DNA from: Candidatus Moraniibacteriota bacterium
Lineage (GTDB): Bacteria; Patescibacteriota; Minisyncoccia; JAHIHE01; JAGLIN01
Direction: 5' to 3'
Assembly: GCA_030641185.1 (NCBI GenBank)
Contig: DAOWHY010000035.1
Location: forward strand, 1 to 55,025
Length of the DNA stretch: 55,025 bases
The position numbers and the translations under genes are program-made. Below the pieces are notes generated by a model. It was not told the origin of the DNA, ran no database searches, and was given only the letters and a program-made list of their open reading frames with translations. Shown one piece after another: positions 25,441 to 32,968 of this stretch (its first letter is position 1; the number at the start of each line of letters is the position of its first letter).

Positions 25441-25465
25441 GGAGTTCAGGTTTTAACCTGTAAAA
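25441..25465. repeat. family E solo end (GGAGTTCAGGTTTTAACCTGTAAAA)
   Basis: Identical over the first 25 nt to 15835-15859. Confidence 0.8.
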
Positions 25466-25491
25466 AATACTGGCTTTTTGCCAGTTTTTTT
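25462..25491 (+). terminator. terminator after the GldG-like gene
   Basis: ACTGGC-TTTTT-GCCAGTTTTTTT. Confidence 0.75.
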
Positions 25492-25495
25492 GGTC

Positions 25496-25523
25496 TTGAC
25501 AACTTCTTGTTTTAGAGTATGAT
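25496..25523 (+). promoter_or_regulatory. sigma-70-like promoter of the PKD protein gene
   Basis: TTGACA (25496-501), a 16-nt spacer, then TATGAT (25518-23). A strong SD (GGGAGATGAGGAG) precedes the ATG. Confidence 0.6.
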
Positions 25524-25596
25524 GAAAAGTCTTTAAGGTGAAGGCGTTGTTCTTAATAAAAATAAATACAACAAAATAAAAGGGAGATGAGGAGAT

Positions 25597-27009
25597 ATGA
25601 GAAGAAGAATTATTTTATCAATGATTATTTCTTTGATAATAATAGGAATTACGGTAGCAGAAACTGGTAATGAACAGCCAATTGCTAAAGGAAGTGCCAT
25701 TCCGCAAGAATGTTTTGCTTGTGAATGCGATGCTATAATACTGGACGCTTCCGGATCTTATGATAGAGATGGTCGGGTTGTAAATTGTGAGTGGTATTAT
25801 GACTCTAAACTTGTTGCCGAAGGTCAAAGAATTTCTTTGGGAAAGGAATTTACCAAAAATCCTAAAACCTACAAAATTAATCTTGTAGTGACAGACAACG
25901 GTGGAATGACTGATGACTATAATGTAGAATTTCTCATAAAAAGCAATCCGACTCCAATAATAACAAACCTGAAACATGCAGACGAAGATTTTTTTGTTTT
26001 CGGAGATGAAATTTCAGTTGCTACCATTTTAGAAAGAAAGAATTATGGTAAATTAAGCTATGATTGGGATTACAACACAGAGGTGTTCCAGAAAATTGGA
26101 GATGGCAATAAAGTTGTTTTTAAGGTAATTTCTGATAAGGCTACTTGGAAAGATTATAAAATAGAGGTGGTTGTTTCAAATGCTTGTGGCGAAAAGGATA
26201 GCGAAGATATTAAAATAGAAGTAAGACCTTCTAAACCAAATTCTTTACTCAAAACCGAAATAATTCTTCCTTCAAAAATAGAGGAGGGAAAAAGTTTTCG
26301 GGTGAAATCTTCTTTCGTTGCAGAACAGGGAGTGGACGTTTCTTATCTCTGGAAAGTATTTAATGGAAATGGAGTATCAATAAAATCTTCTCCAAGAAAA
26401 GAGCTGTCATTTACTTTTTCGGATTCAGGGATGTATACTATAACTCTTGAAATAACAGATCGTTATCAAAGAAAGGGAAGTGCTACTGAAATCTTTGAAG
26501 TAAAAGAGATGATAAATGATCCGCCCATTGCTGATGCCTCTGCTTCACCAAAAACTGCTATATTCGGAGAGGCGTTTTCTTTAGATGCTAGCAAGTCACG
26601 TGATCCCGACGGAACATCACAAAAGACAATAGACAAATATTGCTGGTATGACAAAACCTACGGAGAGGATCTTGGGTGTTCTAGATGGCCAGTTTTGAAT
26701 GTAACGCTTAATAGAAGTGGACTGCATGACATAATTCTGACAGTGAAAGATACTGGAGAAAATGCGGGTAAGGACAATGAATTTCCAAAACCATTGTATG
26801 ATAGCGATCTTGTAATAATAAATGTTATAAGATCGTCGGATATATTAGCACCAACTCCGGTACCCAGAGAATCAGTCCAGCCAATATACCACTATCAAGA
26901 GAGGAGCCAGCATCATCCAACTCCAGAAACACCTGGAATGGGATTTGGTTTGACAATTACTACAATAATAGTAGTAGCATTTGTCATAATAAGGAAAAAC
27001 AAATATTAA
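25597..27009 (+). CDS. PKD-repeat surface protein with a C-terminal PGF-CTERM-like anchor
   Basis: Signal/anchor RRRIILSMIISLIIIGITVA. PKD-like units (ILDASGSYDRDGRVVNCEWYYD...LVVTDNGG; SLDASKSRDPDG...ILTVKDTG). C-terminus TPETPGMGFGLTITTIIVVAFVIIRKNKY. It has its own promoter and terminator. Confidence 0.75.
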   Translation: MRRRIILSMIISLIIIGITVAETGNEQPIAKGSAIPQECFACECDAIILDASGSYDRDGRVVNCEWYYDSKLVAEGQRISLGKEFTKNPKTYKINLVVTDNGGMTDDYNVEFLIKSNPTPIITNLKHADEDFFVFGDEISVATILERKNYGKLSYDWDYNTEVFQKIGDGNKVVFKVISDKATWKDYKIEVVVSNACGEKDSEDIKIEVRPSKPNSLLKTEIILPSKIEEGKSFRVKSSFVAEQGVDVSYLWKVFNGNGVSIKSSPRKELSFTFSDSGMYTITLEITDRYQRKGSATEIFEVKEMINDPPIADASASPKTAIFGEAFSLDASKSRDPDGTSQKTIDKYCWYDKTYGEDLGCSRWPVLNVTLNRSGLHDIILTVKDTGENAGKDNEFPKPLYDSDLVIINVIRSSDILAPTPVPRESVQPIYHYQERSQHHPTPETPGMGFGLTITTIIVVAFVIIRKNKY

Positions 27010-27044
27010 TCAGTTTCAAACAAACGGAACTGATTATTTTTTTT
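27009..27044 (+). terminator. terminator after the PKD protein gene
   Basis: ATCAGTT-TCAAACAAACGG-AACTGAT followed by TATTTTTTTT. Confidence 0.7.
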
Positions 27045-27091
27045 GGTAATAACTAAAATCTATGATAGAATGAAGAAGTTAAAAATAAACT

Positions 27092-28225
27092 ATGCTTGAA
27101 CAAATATTAATAACAATTATAGCATTAGCCACAGTTTTAGCTGTTTTGTTTTTGTTGTTTAAAAAACCAATTCTTAATTATTTAGCTAATTTCAGCGAGA
27201 AAATGGCGGAGAGGAATTTGAAAATGTTGGAAGAAAGGAATAAAGAAACACTAAAAGAAGAGAGGGAAAGATTTATGGAATTAAGCGACGAGAAAATGAA
27301 AAGGAATGAGCAAATTATGGAAGGCAAAAAAGATGTCATAAAAGAAATGATTGAAAAAATAGACAGTGGGCTCAGGGACAGCCAGAAAAAAATAGAAATC
27401 TCAGAAAGAGACAGAATCGGTGAATTTTCGAAAATGAAAGCAATCTTAGAAGAGCATAAAAATATCACCGGAGAGTTGAAAAATTCTACAGATAATTTGA
27501 AGAAAATACTTTCCAATAATCAACAGCGCGGAAAATATGGAGAAGAAGTTGCGGAAAATATTTTGAAAATGCTAGGGTTCGTGAAAGACTTGGATTATAC
27601 TGTGAATTTGAGACAAGAAACAAATGCCAACAGGCCCGATATTACGATTAAATTGCCGGACAAAACAAAAATTAATATAGATGTAAAATTTCCCTATGCG
27701 GCCCTTCAAAAACTTCAGGAAGTTGAAGATAAGCTGGAAAAGAAAAAATATCTTGACCAGTTCAAAGTTGATGTAAAACAGAAAATCAAACAAGTGACAA
27801 GCCGTGATTATATAAATCCCGAAGAGAAAACGCTGGACTTTGTTATTATGTTTGTTCCCAATGAGAGTATCTTCAGTTTTATTTGCGATAAATTGGATAT
27901 TTCGAATGAAGCTCTTGAAAAGAAAGTTATCATCACGGGCCCTTTTTCTTTTGCGGCGATTGCCAGAATGATTAAACAGTCGTATAATAATTTCAAAATC
28001 CAGGAAGATTTACATAGAGTTGTTGGTATAATTGAAAAATTCAAGCAGGAATTTTCAAAATATAGCGATGAGTTTGACAAGCTGGGAGACAGGATAAATT
28101 CAATGTCCAAACAATATGACAGCGTGTCAAACACCAGAACAAGGCAGTTGACAAAATTGGTGGATAAAATTAGCGAAGAAAATGAAATTATCAATGAGAG
28201 TGAAAAGAATAAGTTGATAGAGTGA
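27092..28225 (+). CDS. rmuC: DNA recombination protein RmuC
   Basis: N-terminal TM helix, long coiled coil, then an RmuC nuclease-like core (GKYGEEVAENILK, RPDITIKLPD...INIDVKFP, DFVIMFVPNESIF). Confidence 0.85.
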   Translation: MLEQILITIIALATVLAVLFLLFKKPILNYLANFSEKMAERNLKMLEERNKETLKEERERFMELSDEKMKRNEQIMEGKKDVIKEMIEKIDSGLRDSQKKIEISERDRIGEFSKMKAILEEHKNITGELKNSTDNLKKILSNNQQRGKYGEEVAENILKMLGFVKDLDYTVNLRQETNANRPDITIKLPDKTKINIDVKFPYAALQKLQEVEDKLEKKKYLDQFKVDVKQKIKQVTSRDYINPEEKTLDFVIMFVPNESIFSFICDKLDISNEALEKKVIITGPFSFAAIARMIKQSYNNFKIQEDLHRVVGIIEKFKQEFSKYSDEFDKLGDRINSMSKQYDSVSNTRTRQLTKLVDKISEENEIINESEKNKLIE

Positions 28226-28233
28226 AATTTTAT

Positions 28234-28767
28234 ATGAAAAATTGGAAAACAGTAAAATCGAAAGTCGTTTTTGAGTGCAAATATTTAAAAATTTTGGATG
28301 AGGATTTTTTGACACCGAGCGGGAAGAATGGAAAATATTATATATTACAAAGAAATGATTTTGTGGTGGTAATTGCAAAAGATAAAAATAATTTTTATTT
28401 AATTAAACAGTTTAGATATACAACCAAGTCAAAATTGGTTGAATTTATAGCAGGGGAAATAGAAAAGGGAGAAACGCCTCTAAAAGCCGCAAGAAGAGAA
28501 CTTCAGGAGGAAGCGGGAATAAGAGCGAAAAAATTTGAAAATCTTGGATGGTATTATGCTTGCAAGGGGTGCTCAAAACAAAAAGGATATGTTTTTTTAG
28601 CAGAAGATTTAGATTTTATAAAACAAAATCCTGATGAAATGGAAAGCGAGGGAGGAATAAAAGTTGTTAGGTTTAAAATTTCTGAAATTAAAAAAATGAT
28701 TAAAAATGGAAAGATTGATGATAATGATACGCTGTCAGCGTTCTGTTTGTTTATGTTAAAATATTAA
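28234..28767 (+). CDS. NUDIX hydrolase (ADP-ribose pyrophosphatase-like)
   Basis: Nudix box GEIEKGETPLKAARRELQEEAG. The alternative GTG start at 28222 would overlap the rmuC stop by 4 nt. Confidence 0.85.
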   Translation: MKNWKTVKSKVVFECKYLKILDEDFLTPSGKNGKYYILQRNDFVVVIAKDKNNFYLIKQFRYTTKSKLVEFIAGEIEKGETPLKAARRELQEEAGIRAKKFENLGWYYACKGCSKQKGYVFLAEDLDFIKQNPDEMESEGGIKVVRFKISEIKKMIKNGKIDDNDTLSAFCLFMLKY

Positions 28768-28788
28768 TTAATTCACTAAATTAAAACA

Positions 28789-29121
28789 ATGGGAATAAAA
28801 GATTCAATTAAAAAAGTTGTGGGCAAAGGCGCGATGAAATTTGCTAAAACCGGAGTGGGAAAAAAAGTGATGAACAAAGCGATGGAGAAACAGTTAAAAG
28901 ATATGCCAGAGGGTCAGCAAAAAGAAATGGCGATGAAGGCGATGGAAAATATGCAAAATATGAGTTATGACGAACAACAGGAAATGGCGGAGAAGATGAA
29001 AAAATTAATGGGAGGAAAAGAAAATCCAAGTCAATTGGAAATGATGGAAAGGCTAAGAAAAATGTCGCCGCAAGAAAGAAAAGAATATGAAGAATTGGCG
29101 AGGAAGATGATGGGAATGTAG
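28789..29121 (+). CDS. hypothetical Met/Lys/Glu-rich small protein
   Basis: 110 aa, about one residue in six is Met (by my count), with repeated M..M and KM/EM motifs. No TM helix. Confidence 0.5.
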   Translation: MGIKDSIKKVVGKGAMKFAKTGVGKKVMNKAMEKQLKDMPEGQQKEMAMKAMENMQNMSYDEQQEMAEKMKKLMGGKENPSQLEMMERLRKMSPQERKEYEELARKMMGM

Positions 29122-29138
29122 CGAAGTTATAAAGTTTC

Positions 29139-29208
29139 TGTCATCCTGAGCTTGTCGAAGGGTGGCAAGCACGCTAAATTTATCATAGTTCGACAAGCTC
29201 ACTATGAC
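29139..29208. repeat. family B' double-hairpin element, inverted relative to 4611-4680
   Basis: TGTCATCCTGAGCTTGTCGAAGG ... TCATAGTTCGACAAGCTCACTATGAC. Confidence 0.85.
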
Positions 29209-29253
29209 AAATTTAGCTATTTTGTAATTTAAAGTAATTTGTATAAAAAATAA

Positions 29254-29721
29254 ATGAAAAATTTCGTTGTGATTTGCGATGGTCTTAGGAGCTTATTTAA
29301 TGTAGGCTCCGTTTTTAGAACTGCTGATGGGGCTGGGATTGATAAAGTATATTTATGCGGAATAACAGGAAAACCCGATACAAACAAAGCGGAAAGAAAA
29401 ATATCCAAAGTGGCTCTCGGTGCGCAAAAATATGTTGAGTGGGAATATGTGAAGCAATCATGGAGGTTAGTTGAGAAATTAAAAAAGGAAAGGTATCAGG
29501 TTGTGTCTCTGGAACAGGCTTCCAAAAGCATAGATTATACTAGTTTTAAGCCAAAGTTTCCCCTTGCTTTGATTATTGGCAATGAGGGAAAGGGAGTAAA
29601 AAAATCTTTATTAAATAGATCTGATAAAATTATTGATATTCCAATGCGTGGACAAAAAGAATCTTTAAATGTTTCTGTTGCTTTCGGGGTTGCGGCTTAT
29701 TGGATTGGAGGATTTAAATAA
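29254..29721 (+). CDS. SpoU/TrmH-family (SPOUT) RNA 2'-O-methyltransferase, minimal single-domain form
   Basis: NVGSVFRTADGAG, LIIGNEGKGV, IDIPMRGQKESLNVSVAFGVAAY. Confidence 0.85.
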   Translation: MKNFVVICDGLRSLFNVGSVFRTADGAGIDKVYLCGITGKPDTNKAERKISKVALGAQKYVEWEYVKQSWRLVEKLKKERYQVVSLEQASKSIDYTSFKPKFPLALIIGNEGKGVKKSLLNRSDKIIDIPMRGQKESLNVSVAFGVAAYWIGGFK

Positions 29722-29789
29722 ATTTTATAAGATCCATTTTAATGAAATTATGTTTGCTGATTTTAAAAAATAAAAAAAGATATTACAAG

Positions 29790-30140
29790 TCAATTCTGAC
29801 TCATAATATCTTGCATAACTTTTTCAAATTGAGGAATTGCATCAAGGGGCATTATCATTTGATCTATTGATTTTATGCCATTTGGTGTCAGTCTCACTTT
29901 TTGTTTGTCTCCAGAAAATTCTATCCAACCAACATTTGCGAAATTTGCCAGATCATCTGGTAATTCTTGCGGTTCTTTGCTTATAATATCATAAGTTATT
30001 ATACCTTCTCCTTCTAATTTTCCAAATGCTTCTTTTAAAACATCTACACTCAGAAAATTATTTTTTTCAGAAATTCTTCTTAAAAATTTCAAAGCAAATC
30101 CGCCTGGTTTTTTTATTTCAATTTTCTTTTCATTTGCCAT
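29790..30140 (-). CDS. hypothetical small protein, possible winged-helix protein
   Basis: 116 aa with a strong SD (AGGAGGTG) before the ATG. It is divergent from the Trm9-like gene, and the shared spacer contains palindromes. Confidence 0.5.
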   Translation of the reverse strand: MANEKKIEIKKPGGFALKFLRRISEKNNFLSVDVLKEAFGKLEGEGIITYDIISKEPQELPDDLANFANVGWIEFSGDKQKVRLTPNGIKSIDQMIMPLDAIPQFEKVMQDIMSQN

Positions 30141-30286
30141 TTATTGGCACCTCCTATTCTTGCAGATTAGCATGTCTTTTATAATTGTCAATGATTCTAA
30201 AAATCAGTTTAGAATAGTCTCAGTTATTTACTATAGTCCCATACCCCAGGGCATGGAACTATATAGTTTTTGAATTCCAAAATAAT

Positions 30287-31000
30287 ATGAATAAAAATAA
30301 TCCACAAAAAATTATAGAGAAAGTCAAAGATGACTATAATTTAATTGCTACTGAATGGGATTTAAGCAGAAATAAAGCTTCTCAGTTAAAGATAAACTTA
30401 ATAGAAAACGTGGAATCAAAATCTAAAATTCTGGATATCGGTTGTGGCAATGCTTTAATACTCCCTTCTATTTTAAAGAAAAACATTTTTTATTTTGGTT
30501 TTGATATTTCAGAAAAGCTTATTGAAATTGCTACAAAAAAATATGCAAAAGAAATAAAAAATAAAGAAGCTAATTTTTTTACGGGACAGGCGACTAAGCT
30601 TCCTTTTAAAAATAAAGAATTTGATTTTGTGATAAGTTTTGCTACGCTTCATCACATTCCTTCAAAAGAATTACAAGAGAAGTTTTTTAGAGAAATTAAA
30701 AGAGTTTCTAAACCAAACGCAAAAGTGAAAATTATTGTCTGGAATCTTTATAGTGAGTGGACTAATAAAAGATTTGATATTGAGAATAAGCTTAAAGGAA
30801 AAAAGAGTGGAGAAGTTTTTATTCCCTGGAAAGCGACTCAAGGGAAAATTATCAATCGTTTTATTTATCAATTTTCAAAAGAAGAATTATTATCTCTTAC
30901 TAAGAACGCAGGATTTAAAAATATAAAAATTGATTTATTTAATAGAGCGGGAGAGAGAATAGAAAATGGAGAAGAAATGGTTTTAGAGATGGAGATGTAA
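30287..31000 (+). CDS. class I SAM-dependent methyltransferase resembling tRNA methyltransferase Trm9/ALKBH8-MT
   Basis: ILDIGCGN (motif I), LPFKNKEFDFVISFATLHHIPSKE, IIVWNLYSEW, GEVFIPWK, RFIYQFSKEEL. Order and spacing parallel yeast Trm9 (IDVGCGNGKY / LPHKNETFDFAISIAVVHHWST / IYCWALEQ / QDVFVPW / YRYYHLYREGEL). Confidence 0.7.
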   Translation: MNKNNPQKIIEKVKDDYNLIATEWDLSRNKASQLKINLIENVESKSKILDIGCGNALILPSILKKNIFYFGFDISEKLIEIATKKYAKEIKNKEANFFTGQATKLPFKNKEFDFVISFATLHHIPSKELQEKFFREIKRVSKPNAKVKIIVWNLYSEWTNKRFDIENKLKGKKSGEVFIPWKATQGKIINRFIYQFSKEELLSLTKNAGFKNIKIDLFNRAGERIENGEEMVLEMEM

Positions 31001-31018
31001 AGTGGTTATAAATAAAAA

Positions 31019-31040
31019 GCTAAGGGTTTATTTCCTTAGC
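31019..31040. terminator. hairpin between the convergent Trm9-like and elp3-operon genes
   Basis: GCTAAGG-GTTTATTT-CCTTAGC. Confidence 0.55.
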
Positions 31041-31041
31041 A

Positions 31042-31239
31042 TTATCTCATCATCATTTTGGCGCAAGATTCAGAACAGCTCCCAGTTCCATTTATTGCTC
31101 TAAATTCTGTTTTGGTTATTTCTATTTCCTTATCACAAAAATTACAGTTTATGTTTACAAAATTATTAGTCTGTAAATCTATCCAGTTGAATATTTTGTA
31201 AAAAAACCGCCTTCTTTTTTCTGGCATTACATCTCCCAT
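31042..31239 (-). CDS. small 4-Cys metal-binding protein with TRASH-type spacing
   Basis: 65 aa with C32-x2-C35-x19-C55-x3-C59 (NCNFCDKEIEI...GSCSESCAKM). SD AGGAGG lies 8 nt upstream. It starts 27 nt after the Elp3 stop on the same strand. Confidence 0.6.
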   Translation of the reverse strand: MGDVMPEKRRRFFYKIFNWIDLQTNNFVNINCNFCDKEIEITKTEFRAINGTGSCSESCAKMMMR

Positions 31240-31265
31240 TTATTTTACCTCCTTAACATTTTTTC

Positions 31266-32954
31266 CTAAATCCACTTTACCATATATCCATCTTCAAGTC
31301 TATATCCCAATTTCCGATAATAATCTCTTACTCCCACACCGCTAATGACGGCGATTTTTTTTAGATTAAATTCTTCTTGTGTAATTTTTTCCGCTTCCAA
31401 AATTAGTTTTTTTCCCAGTCCAATATGCTGGGGAGATTTTTTGTTTTTAGATTTTATTGGCATCATTTGTCCATAAGTGTGAACCTCACGAATGATGGAC
31501 TGGAGTTCAGGTTTTAACCTGTAAGGCTTACATTCTAAAGAGTGAACTTCGGAATTGATTCTCAATCTCAACAATGAATAAAGATTCTTTCTTTCTCTGT
31601 CTTCAAAACTCAAGAATATTTCTTTGCCATCAGAAGCGTTATAATCTTGGCGGAATAATTTTAAATTTTTAGATGCCGCAAATTTATTTCTTATCTCCCG
31701 ACATCTTATGCATTTACATTGCCAGCCTTCTTCTTCTGATTTTTTCTTTAAAACCTGTCTTAAATTAGAAACTTTATTTCCAGCAATTATACTTGTTGAC
31801 GGAATATCGCGAATGAGGCGAGTAATACGGACATAGTAGGGCATCATCTTTTTTATTTCCGCTAATAATTCTATCAGTTTTTTGTCAGAATATGGTTTAT
31901 ATTTGCCATTTTTCCACCACTTATAAATAGATGAGTCTTTAACCACAACGCACGGGTAAATTTTTAGCATGTCAGGTTGGAAGTTTGGATTGGAAAATAA
32001 TTCTTTAAACATTTCTAAATCTCTTTTATAATTTGATCCCGGAAGATTCGGCATCATATGATAATTTATTTTAAACCCGGCTTCTTTCAATAATCTTGTC
32101 GCTTCAATCGTCGTGGCAACAGAATGTCCGCGTTTGTTTAATTTTAAAATGTCGTCATAAATACTTTGAATGCCAAGCTCAACTCGCGTCGCGCCCAATT
32201 TTCGCATGCTAATAATTTCTTTCGTGTCAATATAATCCGGCCGCGTTTCAAGAGTTAAGCCGATAATTCTGTGCTTTGATTTCTCGTTTGTTTTTTGAAG
32301 TTGGAGCAGAGTATGTTTAACGATGTCCGACGACGAAATCCTCCACGCTCCCTTTGTGAAAGAGGGAGTCGTGCTTCCCCTTTGTAAAAGGGGGCGGGGG
32401 GGATTTCGTCGGTCGATTTCATTACATGCCCGAAAACATTCTTTCACAAACCACGTTTGATATTGTTTTGGAAAATATGAAAAAGTCCCACCCATGATGA
32501 TCAATTCAATCTTGTCTGTTTTATGTCCGGTCGCTTCAAGCGATTTTATTCTTGCCGCCACTTGTTTGTAAGGATGAAAGTCCGTCAAAATCGCTCGCAT
32601 CACTGCCGGTTCATTTGATAAATAACTCTTCGGCATATCTTTTTCCGTCGGGCAATAAACACAAGTTCCGGGACAAGCGTATGGTTTTGTTAAAACGGCA
32701 ATAACTGCCACGCCGGACAATGTCCTGATATTTTTAGTTATCAAAAGATTTTCAATATTTTCATTCGGCTTTATTTTTTTATTCTTTACCATCTTTCTAT
32801 AAACTTCCAAAAGTTCAATGTTTGTCGGATTTGGCAAGCTGAATTTCTTTGAAGCTTTTCTTTTCAATTTCAAAAAATACTCATTCTGATTTTTGATGGG
32901 GATTTTTTTGAGGAGTTGTTTGATGATGTATTCGTTGATCATAAATTTTGACAT
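31266..32954 (-). CDS. elp3: Elp3-type radical SAM / GNAT acetyltransferase (tRNA U34 carboxymethylation enzyme homolog)
   Basis: Radical-SAM cluster motif CPGTCVYCP, IMGGTFS, GLTLETRPDYI, VELGIQSIYDDILKLNKRGH, HMMPNLPGS. C-terminal GNAT: IIREVHTYGQ, QHIGLGKKLILEAEKI. Two palindromic repeats are inserted in frame. Confidence 0.9.
   Translation of the reverse strand: MSKFMINEYIIKQLLKKIPIKNQNEYFLKLKRKASKKFSLPNPTNIELLEVYRKMVKNKKIKPNENIENLLITKNIRTLSGVAVIAVLTKPYACPGTCVYCPTEKDMPKSYLSNEPAVMRAILTDFHPYKQVAARIKSLEATGHKTDKIELIIMGGTFSYFPKQYQTWFVKECFRACNEIDRRNPPRPLLQRGSTTPSFTKGAWRISSSDIVKHTLLQLQKTNEKSKHRIIGLTLETRPDYIDTKEIISMRKLGATRVELGIQSIYDDILKLNKRGHSVATTIEATRLLKEAGFKINYHMMPNLPGSNYKRDLEMFKELFSNPNFQPDMLKIYPCVVVKDSSIYKWWKNGKYKPYSDKKLIELLAEIKKMMPYYVRITRLIRDIPSTSIIAGNKVSNLRQVLKKKSEEEGWQCKCIRCREIRNKFAASKNLKLFRQDYNASDGKEIFLSFEDRERKNLYSLLRLRINSEVHSLECKPYRLKPELQSIIREVHTYGQMMPIKSKNKKSPQHIGLGKKLILEAEKITQEEFNLKKIAVISGVGVRDYYRKLGYRLEDGYMVKWI
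31503..31550. repeat. 48-nt internally deleted family E element, in frame inside elp3
   Basis: GGAGTTCAGGTTTTAACCTGTAAGG...AGAGTGAACTT keeps both ends of the 163-bp element at 15835-15997. 48 nt equals 16 codons, contained within the SEVHSLECKPYRLKPELQ stretch on the minus strand. Confidence 0.75.
32331..32411. repeat. 81-nt palindromic element in frame inside elp3
   Basis: Terminal inverted repeats CGACGAAATCC / GGATTTCGTCG enclose two hairpins (CTCCCTTTGTGAAAGAGGGAG; TCCCCTTTGTAAAAGGGG). 81 nt equals 27 codons. This is the only copy in the window. Confidence 0.65.
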
Positions 32955-32968
32955 TTGATATTAAATTT

